This document shows, one piece after another, positions 46,337 to 56,210 of a stretch of DNA of 64,000 bases. The number at the start of each line of letters is the position of its first letter. Position 1 is the stretch's first letter. The notes beneath the pieces were generated by a model. That model saw only the letters and a program-made list of their open reading frames with translations. It made no database searches and was not told the origin of the DNA. Made by a program: the position numbers and the translations under genes. Source of the DNA: a virus; IMG/VR virus record IMGVR_UViG_3300032257_000011. The stretch is one strand, 5' to 3'.

Positions 46337-46570
46337 ATGTCAGAAAATGACACGAATGAAGCACGAGTCCCTAAGCCCTTCTTTGAGCAGATCAACAGCT
46401 CGAACCTACTCATCCAAGTCAATCCTAAAATGGCTCAAGAAATCTCAGACATCATTATTGAGGGATTTGAAGATGGAGACTCTGGCGCAGTATGGGCATT
46501 TGCCAAGCAGCTTGAAGCATTCTCCAAAAGAGATTCACATGCTGAAACTCCTGAGTATCAATCAGCATGA
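46337..46570 (+). CDS. hypothetical small protein
   Basis: GGAGAAAAAC SD. Confidence 0.4.
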   Translation: MSENDTNEARVPKPFFEQINSSNLLIQVNPKMAQEISDIIIEGFEDGDSGAVWAFAKQLEAFSKRDSHAETPEYQSA

Positions 46571-46815
46571 AAGAACAGCACTACATTCAAATTGTACATG
46601 GCGGAACAGACCCATTACTGATTGGGCCATTCGACACAACAGATGAGCAGATGGTGAAGGCAAGGGAATACTTTGTCAGCGACGAATTCCATGAAGATTA
46701 TGATGGTATCTTTGGGATTGACACTGATTCAAATGGAAAGCTCTCAGTGTGGTCGTTCTCTCAAGATACAACAGACCAGTGGGCCGAAGAACATCGTGAG
46801 CAGGTGAAAGGCTAA
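46567..46815 (+). CDS. hypothetical small protein
   Basis: ATGA overlap. Confidence 0.45.
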   Translation: MKEQHYIQIVHGGTDPLLIGPFDTTDEQMVKAREYFVSDEFHEDYDGIFGIDTDSNGKLSVWSFSQDTTDQWAEEHREQVKG

Positions 46816-46833
46816 TCCCTTACACTGAATGGC

Positions 46834-47478
46834 ATGATTGATAAGCAAATTATTATGGATGCCCTCGCTCCGTTCCCGTCAGCTCCCATCAATTCAGTAA
46901 GGGCTGTCATGGCTAAAGCTGAAGAGGCGATGGACACGGCTCTAAAGATTGTTGATGGTGGGAAGATAGTCCCATTGACATTCTTCATCCATACTCAGGG
47001 CGATGAGGCAATGAGATTTTTGCCTTCTGAGATTCCACGAGACCTCATAGCTCCCATTGTTTTGTCTGTCGCTAAGTCCAACGAAGGAGCCTCAGCTCTT
47101 ATTCATGTCTCCGAGGCATGGGCCTTGAGAACCGAAGGCACTTTGAAAGTGGCAACTCCTGAAGCAAGAGAATGGGTTGCGTCAGGACAGTCGATTCAAG
47201 ATCATCCGGATGCCATAGAGATTGTAATGGTCAATGCGAGTTGTCAAGTCGGAGGTTTCGGCCAATACAATTATTGCGGCACAGCGATGATTAAGAATGC
47301 CAATGGCGCTCGTAGGCTAGATCCTGCTAAGTGGTTCGTTGCTGATGAGATGAGCGGAGCGCTCGTGATGCCTGTCGAGGAAATGCTTACTACTATTGAA
47401 GATGCAGACTTTTTGCGCGAGGAAATGAATAAGCCACGAGACGGCACATATTCGGACGCTGCCAACGACTGGGGATAA
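46834..47478 (+). CDS. hypothetical protein
   Basis: preceded by CCTTACACTGAATGG leader (46818-46831). Confidence 0.55.
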   Translation: MIDKQIIMDALAPFPSAPINSVRAVMAKAEEAMDTALKIVDGGKIVPLTFFIHTQGDEAMRFLPSEIPRDLIAPIVLSVAKSNEGASALIHVSEAWALRTEGTLKVATPEAREWVASGQSIQDHPDAIEIVMVNASCQVGGFGQYNYCGTAMIKNANGARRLDPAKWFVADEMSGALVMPVEEMLTTIEDADFLREEMNKPRDGTYSDAANDWG

Positions 47479-47527
47479 ATCCCAGGCACTCTACAATAGA
47501 TCGGTGCTAGGCATTGTTATTCGTTTT

Positions 47528-47544
47528 ATTCACATGCGGTAAAT
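47528..47544 (+). promoter_or_regulatory. TATTCACATGCGGTAAA motif
   Basis: AGATCGGTGCT at 47498 upstream. Confidence 0.55.
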
Positions 47545-47581
47545 GATTCGTGTTGAAGGGTAACAGAAAAGGAAACAAACA

Positions 47582-48289
47582 ATGAATCAGCAACAAATGG
47601 TAATCGAACTCTCACGAACAATCGGCGGCAAATTCCTCGGACTGACTACTGTAACCGAAGTCAAGATGAACAAGACCAATGGCGAGCGTAAAGCCGCATT
47701 CAAGCGGTTGAATCCGTTTGATGGTAAAGTAGTTGCTGTCCGCAATTCAACTTTCCAGCCAAACTACGATTATGCCAAGGCGGTCAATAAAGCCCAAGCC
47801 AAGACCGGCAACGGCGATGGGGAATCATTCGAGGCTGGCGAGACTTGGTACAATCGTATTGAGGATGCCCAAGGCCGCATGACTCCATTCGCAGAGCATA
47901 AGACGAACGGCTCGCTCTACTTTGTTGGTCGAGAATTGACCAAGGGGGAATCTACCTATATCGCAAATGAGGATATCATGGAACTCAGCGACGAAATTGG
48001 CAGCCCTGAAACTGGCGTAACGCTTTACTTCGCTGGCGATGTTGTTCCCTACGCTGCATTTTCTTCATTCATGCCACCATACAAGCCAAGCGCGAAGCAA
48101 GGTTTGAGCGAGAGCGACGAAATCAAGCCCCGTACATTGAAGTTTGAGAGTATTTGGGGCATGAAGCAAGGCGGCGAGCGCGAGACCGTTGACCCGACCC
48201 CTACTCGAATCGCTCCGACCGAGGTTATCCGAGCGGTAAACGATATCATGGCTCAAATGCCAGATATCAATATCGAGTCGATTGACTAA
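47582..48289 (+). CDS. hypothetical protein
   Basis: AAAGGAAACAAACA SD/leader. Confidence 0.55.
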   Translation: MNQQQMVIELSRTIGGKFLGLTTVTEVKMNKTNGERKAAFKRLNPFDGKVVAVRNSTFQPNYDYAKAVNKAQAKTGNGDGESFEAGETWYNRIEDAQGRMTPFAEHKTNGSLYFVGRELTKGESTYIANEDIMELSDEIGSPETGVTLYFAGDVVPYAAFSSFMPPYKPSAKQGLSESDEIKPRTLKFESIWGMKQGGERETVDPTPTRIAPTEVIRAVNDIMAQMPDINIESID

Positions 48290-48408
48290 ATCCTTTTCAG
48301 TTGGGGGCTACTTATCATCGAAAAGATGAGGTAGCCCCTTGCAGGTGATAATAGATCGGTGCATAATAGAGTGAACAAGATCAATACCAATTCCCCGAAA
48401 GGCGAGCA

Positions 48409-49104
48409 ATGAATCAGAAGCCAACTCTCGAATTAGACCAAAGCGACTCAACCCAATTATTCCATATGATTGTTGATGGCGCTCGTCCTGCTGATATCTT
48501 CGATACTTACGACACGAACAATGCCTACTACTTTATTGAGGCTGGCATTATCTCCAATGACCTCCATGAAGAGGGGAACATTGTTTGCAAAGTAATGGAG
48601 AAACTTGGGGGTACTATGCCTGATATCCCAACCATTCCAGAAAGAGATATCCCAATGGGAATCGGTGGCTTGGAAGCGAAACTCATCAGACAAGCAAAAC
48701 CATCAGCCATTGTTACTATCCGTATTGGTCGCAATGGGGAGAAGGAAGGGTTTGGTTTCAGCGACCCAATGACAATGGATCAAGTTATGGTTGGTATTGA
48801 TGTTGAAACTGGCGAGGCAAGAGAAATCGATCCATCATCTCCTATGCCTAACTTTGGCGGCATGGGTGGAATGAGCAGCGAAATGCCCGCAGAGATTAAG
48901 CAATTCTTGACTCAGAAACTTGTTGGCTTGCTCAAGAATGGTGGCGTTGAGAATGAGCGAATCACAATCAAGGCAGATTCAGTTTCAATTTCCGGCGGAA
49001 AAGAAAATGTTGAAGTAAAGATTGACGGACTCGAACTCTCTGGTCCTCCGAATGTTGAAGAACTGTTGTCTTCGATCCAAGAAGCCATCGAAAACGCAAC
49101 ATAA
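48409..49104 (+). CDS. hypothetical protein
   Basis: ORF track. Confidence 0.55.
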   Translation: MNQKPTLELDQSDSTQLFHMIVDGARPADIFDTYDTNNAYYFIEAGIISNDLHEEGNIVCKVMEKLGGTMPDIPTIPERDIPMGIGGLEAKLIRQAKPSAIVTIRIGRNGEKEGFGFSDPMTMDQVMVGIDVETGEAREIDPSSPMPNFGGMGGMSSEMPAEIKQFLTQKLVGLLKNGGVENERITIKADSVSISGGKENVEVKIDGLELSGPPNVEELLSSIQEAIENAT

Positions 49105-49128
49105 ACGAAATCTCAATAGGATTCAACA

Positions 49129-49168
49129 GGCACACGGTTTAGGCCGTGTGTTTTCACATGCGGTAAAG
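49129..49168 (+). promoter_or_regulatory. terminator hairpin (cacacgg…ccgtgtg) fused to TTTTCACATGCGGTAAAG
   Basis: read directly. Confidence 0.55.
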
Positions 49169-49185
49169 AGATACAATCATTGAAT

Positions 49186-49512
49186 ATGAATAATCCAACA
49201 ATAAAGCATAAGATTTCCAAATTTGTACATTTTTTAATGACAATGACGGCAATCATTATACTTACAGGACTCTTTTTCTATTTGATATCAATGGGAAATG
49301 AAGCAGTCAATATAGGGGACTCATCCTATCTACCCTCCCCGACCCTGCACGAGATAAATACCTATGCACAGCGATTAAATAAACCACCGCTCGATAAATT
49401 GCCTTGGGAAGATAAGCAGGGTCGAAACATCTACGAAGTGCGACAAGAAGAATTGGCAACCATTGGCCTGGCCGCTTACCAAGCAAAGTACGCAGAAGAA
49501 CAGGAATACTAA
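49186..49512 (+). CDS. membrane-anchored hypothetical protein
   Basis: ATG 6 nt inside the track's TTG start. Confidence 0.45.
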   Translation: MNNPTIKHKISKFVHFLMTMTAIIILTGLFFYLISMGNEAVNIGDSSYLPSPTLHEINTYAQRLNKPPLDKLPWEDKQGRNIYEVRQEELATIGLAAYQAKYAEEQEY

Positions 49513-49751
49513 TGGCTAAAGAAATCAAAGTAGGAGACAGGGTTCAGTGGACAAGCCAAGGAGTCGCTCAATTTTCTGAGCCTCGAATTGTTACGGCTAT
49601 CTATGATTATCCAGGCACTGAGACTTTTCCCGCAGGCAAATATGCCCTTGTTGAAGGTACTTCTACGGGCTTACCTATCTCAGAACTCGAAGTAATAAAG
49701 ACTTCTCTATGGGAACTCTTTTCACATGCAGTAAAGAAATGGAATCAATGA
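49512..49751 (+). CDS. hypothetical small protein
   Basis: 3' end reads through TTTTCACATGCAGTAAAG (49719-49736). Confidence 0.45.
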   Translation: MAKEIKVGDRVQWTSQGVAQFSEPRIVTAIYDYPGTETFPAGKYALVEGTSTGLPISELEVIKTSLWELFSHAVKKWNQ

Positions 49752-49753
49752 AT

Positions 49754-50071
49754 ATGAATAACATCGGAACAGTAATCAAAAATCGTCGAGGAAACCGTAC
49801 CCTTACTGAAGTCTCGCAAGCTACAGGAATCTCTATGGCAATGCTTAGCCTCATTGAACAAGGCAAGCGGAATCCTTCTGAGTCAAGCCTTATAGCTTTG
49901 GCTGAGTTCTTTGAGACTACTTCATTCAATCTTCGCTTTGAGGTTGAGCATGGAGTCTCATGGGAAGCCTTTGGAGCAAGGCTTGTAACTATTGCTCGTG
50001 GAGCTGGCCCTAATAGGATTAGGAATCAAATCAATACGCTTTGGAATAATCCAAGTCTGGCATCTGTCTGA
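49754..50071 (+). CDS. XRE-family helix-turn-helix transcriptional regulator
   Basis: LTEVSQATGISMAMLSLIEQGKRNPS = Cro/C1-type HTH. Confidence 0.6.
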   Translation: MNNIGTVIKNRRGNRTLTEVSQATGISMAMLSLIEQGKRNPSESSLIALAEFFETTSFNLRFEVEHGVSWEAFGARLVTIARGAGPNRIRNQINTLWNNPSLASV

Positions 50072-50129
50072 TTCACCAGATTGCATCGAATGCAAATGGT
50101 ATAATGCACACTGAACACAAAGGAAACCC

Positions 50130-50561
50130 ATGCCCAAATTTCTCAAAAAGAAAATCGTAGTCTTCCCTCTCTTGCTTATTTTTGCATGTCTACTTGTCTT
50201 TGGCTGGGCCAAGACTCAGGGATTCGGAGACTGGTCTGAAGGAAATCGAACTGGCGAACTCATCAAATACAGCACGAAGGGAATCATTGCCAAACATGGC
50301 GAAGGCGAACTCTTGCAGAATGACTTTGGCCTTGGACGCTCGAACGCCGGTTCCAATGGTGGAATCAAGAATGGAGGCAATGTCTTTGTCTTCAATGTAG
50401 CGGATAAAGAAGTCGCAGAGCAAATGCGACAGGCGCAGCAACTTGGTCAGAAAGTCAATGTCAAGTATAAACAGTATCTCATTGCCCCTTGGTACTTCAA
50501 TGGTTCATATGAGGCAATCGGCGTAACGGTTGTCGGAGAAGAGGAAGCTCAAGAGCCTTGA
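50130..50561 (+). CDS. secreted/membrane-anchored hypothetical protein
   Basis: N-terminal signal-like segment. Confidence 0.5.
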   Translation: MPKFLKKKIVVFPLLLIFACLLVFGWAKTQGFGDWSEGNRTGELIKYSTKGIIAKHGEGELLQNDFGLGRSNAGSNGGIKNGGNVFVFNVADKEVAEQMRQAQQLGQKVNVKYKQYLIAPWYFNGSYEAIGVTVVGEEEAQEP

Positions 50562-50688
50562 CCTTACACTGATTCATTCGGAGCAATACCCCTTGGACTT
50601 CAAACTTGGGGTATTTTTTTACGCGGAAATCAGGAAAGATCAGTGCAAAGAACGAACAGGTGAACTCATCGTGTGATACAATGGACGC

Positions 50689-51192
50689 ATGGATGCAATC
50701 AAAGAATTTTTAGAAAGGATGACAGTGAAAGAATCAATCAAAACAGGCGAGGGAGTCTACACATTCGGTACGGACACTATTATTAAAATCTCAGAGTATG
50801 CTGGCAGTTATCAGCATAATGTATACAGAGCAGGACAGAAGCCGAAACTATGTCCTATCTATGAGAATATTTCAGACCCGATAGTCTCTGCAATGTGGGC
50901 TGCCTGTGGATGCTTCCACTCCAGACGAATTCTTGGCGAGGAAGAAATTACTGAGGCTTTCAACATAGAAAAGCCTGGCGTAGAGCAGGAAATGATTATT
51001 AGACCAAAAATCAAATTCCAAGGCGACAGAGATTATTGTGGTTGCGCTGGCGAGGATGAAGCGGGAAAATGCGAGGGTGGTTGCGATTTGCAAGACTTTA
51101 TTGAATCAGCAGCAAAGAGAGCCGTTACTATCAGACAGATATTCAAAGACTTACAGACAAGATGCAAGCATTGTCGTCGTAAGGGTTTTTGA
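50689..51192 (+). CDS. Cys-rich hypothetical protein
   Basis: ORF track; multiple CxxC/CGC pairs. Confidence 0.5.
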   Translation: MDAIKEFLERMTVKESIKTGEGVYTFGTDTIIKISEYAGSYQHNVYRAGQKPKLCPIYENISDPIVSAMWAACGCFHSRRILGEEEITEAFNIEKPGVEQEMIIRPKIKFQGDRDYCGCAGEDEAGKCEGGCDLQDFIESAAKRAVTIRQIFKDLQTRCKHCRRKGF

Positions 51193-51402
51193 TGGGTAAG
51201 TGCGCAGATATTGCCTACTCTGTCTAGTTTACTTATATTCACATGCAGTAAGCATACGAAGCCAATGATTGTAAGAATGGCATGTAGTCATTCAACCACC
51301 AGTAGGACATAGGTGGAACAATCTATAACGGCGGAGCCGTGAAAGCGCTAAGTTTGCGCAGAAGGTTTTAGTATGTGTCGTATTAAGAAAAATCGTGGCC
51401 GC

Positions 51403-51651
51403 ATGGCTGTTTCCGCTACTTTGGTAGCAATCGTGCTGGTTCCTCTAGGTGGTTGCTCATTGAGCAATACGGTTCGTGGGGCTGGAAATCTTCTTGGTGG
51501 AGCGGGCGATTTAGTTGCCGGTCTTGGTCAAGATATGGCTCTTATGGCTGACGGAACTGACCAAGAAGTTGCTCGCCAAGCAAACAATCGTGCAGTATTT
51601 GGAAGCCAAACCACCACAACCAATGCAAATTGGACTGGTCGCAACCGCTAA
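51403..51651 (+). CDS. putative lipoprotein
   Basis: signal peptide with lipobox LGGC. Confidence 0.5.
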   Translation: MAVSATLVAIVLVPLGGCSLSNTVRGAGNLLGGAGDLVAGLGQDMALMADGTDQEVARQANNRAVFGSQTTTTNANWTGRNR

Positions 51652-51664
51652 ATAGGAGGTCGTC

Positions 51665-52018
51665 ATGTTTGCAAGCGTATTATCAGTAATTCTCGCTCTT
51701 GTCATCTTCTTCAAGTTTGACAGTCATAGATTCCGTTCTTTGTATACGGCGGTGGCCTGTGCAATCTTGCTTCCTCTTTTGACAGCAACAACCTATGCGG
51801 TTGGGTCTTTCATCGAGCAAGTGGGTATTCAAGGGTTCCTTAATGATTCGTTAGGTCTCATTATTGAATCATTGTTATCCCCATTCAAGCAGTTGGCTGG
51901 CATGGAGGTTTCTCCGTCTGTGGTATTCCCAGGATGGCTGATGGTGGCGGCAATCATCTTTGCGATATTCCAACTCATCAAATCAATGCAGGCACCTAGT
52001 AAGGCTCAGTCTGCATAA
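51665..52018 (+). CDS. membrane protein
   Basis: ORF track; 3 TM helices. Confidence 0.5.
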   Translation: MFASVLSVILALVIFFKFDSHRFRSLYTAVACAILLPLLTATTYAVGSFIEQVGIQGFLNDSLGLIIESLLSPFKQLAGMEVSPSVVFPGWLMVAAIIFAIFQLIKSMQAPSKAQSA

Positions 52019-52025
52019 GAAACAA

Positions 52026-52097
52026 GTCCCCGAGAGGGGGCTTTTTTATTCCGCGAGAAATAAAAGATCGGTGCAAAGAGGATTCACATGCAGTAAA
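52026..52097 (+). promoter_or_regulatory. full cassette: terminator GTCCCCGAGAGGGGGC+T6 / TTATTCCGCGAGAAATAA / AGATCGGTGCA / GATTCACATGCAGTAAA
   Basis: read directly. Confidence 0.65.
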
Positions 52098-52115
52098 TGG
52101 ATGAGATTGATAGAT

Positions 52116-52394
52116 ATGGAAAACTACTCAGTACCGACAGATAAAACAATGTCCCTCGATGAAGTCATTGAACGCCTTACCAAGATGCGAGATGACGGGC
52201 GCAAGGGAGACACTCCTGTAGGCGTTCAAATCCCCTTCCCCAATATTGGATGGTTCTATGTTCCACTCATCAATATCACGGATGATTCGGGACTGATGAC
52301 TCTCGTCCCAGACCTAGATGCTACCATTCATACACTCAAGGGCAAGGCTGGAGAACCTAGTTATAAGGGCGTTATCCCTGTGGATGAAGATTGA
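52116..52394 (+). CDS. hypothetical small protein
   Basis: in-frame ATG after motif. Confidence 0.45.
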   Translation: MENYSVPTDKTMSLDEVIERLTKMRDDGRKGDTPVGVQIPFPNIGWFYVPLINITDDSGLMTLVPDLDATIHTLKGKAGEPSYKGVIPVDED

Positions 52395-52411
52395 AACAAA
52401 GGAAATAAGAC

Positions 52412-52738
52412 ATGAATAGCGATTTACTAAAAAGAGAACACAAAGACGCAGTAACTGAATATAGTAGATTTGGAGGACATCATCCTGCAACTATTATTGC
52501 TAGACCTGATGAGAAAACACTAATTGTCAGAGAGGATATTTTTGGCAAAATTGATCGAACTCGTCCTGACTGTGAAGTGCAGCCGTATGGGTATTTTGAA
52601 AATACAGAGGGAGATCAAAACACCTATACCTTAAGAGTTAACGGTAGATGGGTATTAAAGGGTCAAAACCTTTGGTCTCATTGGTATATCAGGGTAGGTA
52701 TTCGTCATGATTATCGAGATCCTAATTGGATTGAATAA
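52412..52738 (+). CDS. paralog X1 (TIIARPDEKTLIVRED…RWVLKG…YRDPNW)
   Basis: paralog of the 57319 gene. Confidence 0.5.
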   Translation: MNSDLLKREHKDAVTEYSRFGGHHPATIIARPDEKTLIVREDIFGKIDRTRPDCEVQPYGYFENTEGDQNTYTLRVNGRWVLKGQNLWSHWYIRVGIRHDYRDPNWIE

Positions 52739-52741
52739 CTT

Positions 52742-52759
52742 GATTCACATGCGGTAAAG
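52742..52759 (+). promoter_or_regulatory. GATTCACATGCGGTAAAG motif
   Basis: TGA of upstream gene inside motif. Confidence 0.55.
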
Positions 52760-52793
52760 TCTCAGCATCGAGGTATAACAAAAGGAGACAGAA

Positions 52794-53186
52794 ATGTTTG
52801 AAGGATTTGAAGTAATTTCGGCTTACACGACCCAAGACGCAATCGACGACGGCGTACTCATGGATGTAACCAAACTGGTTGGATTCACTGGCGAAGGATG
52901 CGGTCAATGGTGCGTAACTCAAGGCATCGTAGAGGCAGCCAATGCCAAGGATGACGGTCGAACTTTGGAGCAGAAGATTGTTCCCCTTGTTCGAGATGCT
53001 GCCATGATTATCAATGACAAGATCCGCCAACTTCAGCAAGATGGGCCGCTTACTATGGAACGGCTCCAAGATGAGACTGGCGGACTCATTACCGAAGGTC
53101 TTGAAGGAAATGTAACCGGCGAAACGGTTTGGATGGGATTGAATGAAACTCGTGGATGGACTCTTATGTTCCCATCCGAGCGGTAA
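52794..53186 (+). CDS. hypothetical protein
   Basis: AAAAGGAGACAGAA SD. Confidence 0.5.
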   Translation: MFEGFEVISAYTTQDAIDDGVLMDVTKLVGFTGEGCGQWCVTQGIVEAANAKDDGRTLEQKIVPLVRDAAMIINDKIRQLQQDGPLTMERLQDETGGLITEGLEGNVTGETVWMGLNETRGWTLMFPSER

Positions 53187-53327
53187 GATGATGGTGGGCG
53201 TGTTGAAATAGGGAACTAAGCCACCCCTAGCAAATCCTGGATAAGGCAAGGCTAATAGAGCAAACCCCAGGCACCACCTTTTCACATGCGGTAAAATATT
53301 CCGAGCAAGGAATATAAGGAGAACAGA

Positions 53328-53645
53328 ATGGGATTCAACAGCGGAATACTTTTACTCAACGATGCTCTCTTTCAACTTGAGGATGAGAATGTTCGTACTC
53401 GATGGTTTGAAAATCTCAGAGGTGCAATCAATGCAAATCAAATCGGAGACATTCCTGTAGGAAATCATTCTAACGGCTCGAAACTCTTTCATATGAAACA
53501 CGCAGACCGTTCGCATTTATACCTCATTGGAGGGAACCGAACATTGGAACTTGGTGGAGTTCATAGTTACCGTCATCCTGATACTCAATTAGATTTACTA
53601 ACTGAGGCAGCAGACAAACTCGGCTATAAACTTGTGGAGAAATAA
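53328..53645 (+). CDS. hypothetical protein
   Basis: TTTTCACATGCGGTAAAA at 53279; AAGGAGAACAGA SD. Confidence 0.5.
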   Translation: MGFNSGILLLNDALFQLEDENVRTRWFENLRGAINANQIGDIPVGNHSNGSKLFHMKHADRSHLYLIGGNRTLELGGVHSYRHPDTQLDLLTEAADKLGYKLVEK

Positions 53646-53646
53646 A

Positions 53647-54060
53647 ATGAATCAAGATGAACAAATCAAAATACTGACAGACCATCTTCGAGCAATTACG
53701 CTTGTTGCCGGAAATTTGCCAGACGAAAGCATAACAAGCAAGACAGGCCCAAACGATGCGGTACACAGAGGATTAATGGTTGTCGAGGCTCGCAGGCTGG
53801 CGAAACAAGCGTTAGTAGATGCTGGTCTTTGTAAAACTACAATGATTGTCCACCGTATCGAGAGGTATGTTCAAAAAGTTGAAGTTGAGGTAACGGTAAC
53901 TGATAATGCCACAGATATGATTCAAGAAGCATTATCTATTGTTGCGGATGGAGATGGAGAAGAAAGAGGAGATGCGGAATACCATTCAACAGGGCAAAAT
54001 TCTGTTGAATGGAGCGTGTTCGAGATGGACAAATTTGGAGATGAGACACAACTCCAATAA
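53647..54060 (+). CDS. hypothetical protein
   Basis: in-frame ATG after upstream stop. Confidence 0.5.
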   Translation: MNQDEQIKILTDHLRAITLVAGNLPDESITSKTGPNDAVHRGLMVVEARRLAKQALVDAGLCKTTMIVHRIERYVQKVEVEVTVTDNATDMIQEALSIVADGDGEERGDAEYHSTGQNSVEWSVFEMDKFGDETQLQ

Positions 54061-54118
54061 CCCCACGAGGGGCAGACCACAATAAGATCGGTGCAAGACT
54101 CCACTCACATGCCATGAA
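54061..54118 (+). promoter_or_regulatory. cassette: CCCCACGAGGGG hairpin / AGATCGGTGCA / ACTCACATGCCATGAA (divergent motif)
   Basis: read directly. Confidence 0.5.
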
Positions 54119-54136
54119 TAGCAAGGGTTATTGAAT

Positions 54137-54604
54137 ATGGAATATAACTTTGAATTGAAAATGCCAGATGCCGACTGGATGGACAGACTCCGAGAGAGAA
54201 GTTTTACGGCAGATACAGCCTTCCCCGATTCTCGTATGCAGAAACTCAAAATGAGAATGCTTGATGAGATTGGCGCAGCAGTTTGTATCAATGGATTTGA
54301 TGAAGATACTCCAGCCCTTATGATACGAGGGGATTTCTATCTCTCAGAGGATGCAGAGTTTCGCAAAGGCGAGAACTGTAGATGTCACGGAAACAGCGCA
54401 GCCATATGGAAAGAGGACGACGAACGATATTGCATTATGACCGGATACGCAATGTCTAACGATGCGGTATGGCGGCAACATTCATGGGTATGGGATAATG
54501 AGAATGAACGAATCATTGAAACCACAGAGGACAGGTTGCTCTACTATGGATTCAAGATGACCCACAAAGAATGTGTATATTTCCATGACATGAATGAGCA
54601 TTGA
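54137..54604 (+). CDS. hypothetical protein
   Basis: ATG 6 nt inside track TTG start. Confidence 0.5.
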   Translation: MEYNFELKMPDADWMDRLRERSFTADTAFPDSRMQKLKMRMLDEIGAAVCINGFDEDTPALMIRGDFYLSEDAEFRKGENCRCHGNSAAIWKEDDERYCIMTGYAMSNDAVWRQHSWVWDNENERIIETTEDRLLYYGFKMTHKECVYFHDMNEH

Positions 54605-54619
54605 TTCACATGCTGTAAA
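54603..54619 (+). promoter_or_regulatory. GATTCACATGCTGTAAA motif (TGA stop of the 54137 gene embedded)
   Basis: read directly. Confidence 0.55.
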
Positions 54620-54637
54620 CTCAGAGAGGCAGTAAGT

Positions 54638-54880
54638 ATGGATAACAAAGAAACACCTACCGTTCCGAATATGGAAGTAATGAAAGTTCACGGCTCAAGG
54701 GTCTGGATTTACGCAACCGTCGATGACCGTTATTTCAAGGTCAATCAAGATGATGAGGGGCATTGCATTATTAGAGAAATGGTTGTTCAGGACAAGTGGA
54801 TAGACCGTACTGAACCCGGCTTTGATACATTGGCTGAGGCAATCGTCAATCATGCAGACGCAGGCGATTATCTCAACTGA
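54638..54880 (+). CDS. hypothetical small protein
   Basis: ORF track. Confidence 0.45.
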   Translation: MDNKETPTVPNMEVMKVHGSRVWIYATVDDRYFKVNQDDEGHCIIREMVVQDKWIDRTEPGFDTLAEAIVNHADAGDYLN

Positions 54881-54915
54881 GTTTCACATGCAGTAAACTT
54901 TTGGAGTCATTGAAT

Positions 54916-55233
54916 ATGAAAACAGCATTCCTACCGTCTTTTGAAGTCTGCAATATCCACGGTCGAGAACTGGTCGTTGACCTGCTTCTCCTCGAAGCCG
55001 AGAGCGGGGATACTCAATGGAGTATGTTCATTCCAGGCACAATGACTGACATTTCCGAAGTCCACCTTGGAATCAACGAATGCGAATTCGATGAGAACGA
55101 GATGAATGGTTGGCTTGACCATATTGGTGGGCAAATGATGAACTTTCCATGCACTTGTCATGGGCCAACAACAAACCCAAGCGGCGAATGCGTTGGATGC
55201 GGTCGCCCTACAGCATGGAAAGAACCAGTATGA
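54916..55233 (+). CDS. hypothetical protein (C-terminal CxC…CxxC)
   Basis: GTTTCACATGCAGTAAA at 54881 plus CATTGAATATG leader. Confidence 0.45.
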   Translation: MKTAFLPSFEVCNIHGRELVVDLLLLEAESGDTQWSMFIPGTMTDISEVHLGINECEFDENEMNGWLDHIGGQMMNFPCTCHGPTTNPSGECVGCGRPTAWKEPV

Positions 55234-55421
55234 CAGATAATGAAAGACAAAAAATCGAAGACCGAAAAACTATCGAGAGAATTCGTGAAGAACAGGGGTG
55301 GAATGATTCAACAATGCTCTCTCTAGCAATGAACTATATCGAGACAGCCCTCAATGGAGACTTGATGCACAGTTTTGCGTTGCGAATGGAAAAGCAGCAA
55401 GCGGAAGAAAACGAAGCATAA
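55230..55421 (+). CDS. hypothetical small protein
   Basis: ATGA overlap. Confidence 0.4.
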   Translation: MTDNERQKIEDRKTIERIREEQGWNDSTMLSLAMNYIETALNGDLMHSFALRMEKQQAEENEA

Positions 55422-55468
55422 ATATTCACATGCAGCAATAGTCTATCATTGAATGGTAAGGAGATACA

Positions 55469-56056
55469 ATGGCGCGAGTAAAACTCATCATTGATAAAAC
55501 AGAACTCACGAATAAGGTCAATGAGGTAGAGGCATCCAATGGCGGAGCGTTTGCTACTCTCACCCTTTTGCATGAGGCAGTAGCCGCTACAGATTGGGCC
55601 AAGAATCATCAGCCCAAAGCCGTATCCGCATCCGTTGTGGGATTGCGTATCAAAGAGTTTGAAATTGAGCCTATCACGAAGCCAGGCAAGCGTGGGCGTT
55701 CAGATGGGTTCGGAGGTCGTCCAGCAGGCCCAAGAACTTCTCGCAAAGATAAAATCAATACTCCTGTAAACAATGCTATCTTTGACAAGTTGCTAGAGCA
55801 GGCACCTGACAGTTTCCATAAGACTATTGAGAGAGCAAGAAATGGAAGCCTCACAGCCGCTATCAAGGTCAACTGCGCTCAATGCGTAGGATTTGAACAT
55901 ATTTCAGCATTTGTTGGTGGATGCTCTACGAAAGATTGCTCTCTGTATCCGTTCCGTCCCTATCAGACAGTCACTAAGGATGGACAGCGAATTGATGAGG
56001 ACATTGATGAAGATGAAGTAATCGAAGTAGAATCTGAAACTACTACGGTTGAATAA
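55469..56056 (+). CDS. hypothetical protein with zinc-finger-like Cys cluster
   Basis: CAQCVGFEH…GGCSTKDCS. Confidence 0.5.
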   Translation: MARVKLIIDKTELTNKVNEVEASNGGAFATLTLLHEAVAATDWAKNHQPKAVSASVVGLRIKEFEIEPITKPGKRGRSDGFGGRPAGPRTSRKDKINTPVNNAIFDKLLEQAPDSFHKTIERARNGSLTAAIKVNCAQCVGFEHISAFVGGCSTKDCSLYPFRPYQTVTKDGQRIDEDIDEDEVIEVESETTTVE

Positions 56057-56210
56057 TATACTTTCTGTTTTTGGTGGTATACCCGTGTATCAAACGAGGA
56101 CTGTTGAGATTAGTATTCGTCTCAACAAAGTCTAGCGGGTCTCCTGCCTATGGATTGTTGAAAAACAGTCTATAGGTTTTGACTCTAACTCTTGAAAAAG
56201 GAAAGAAAAA

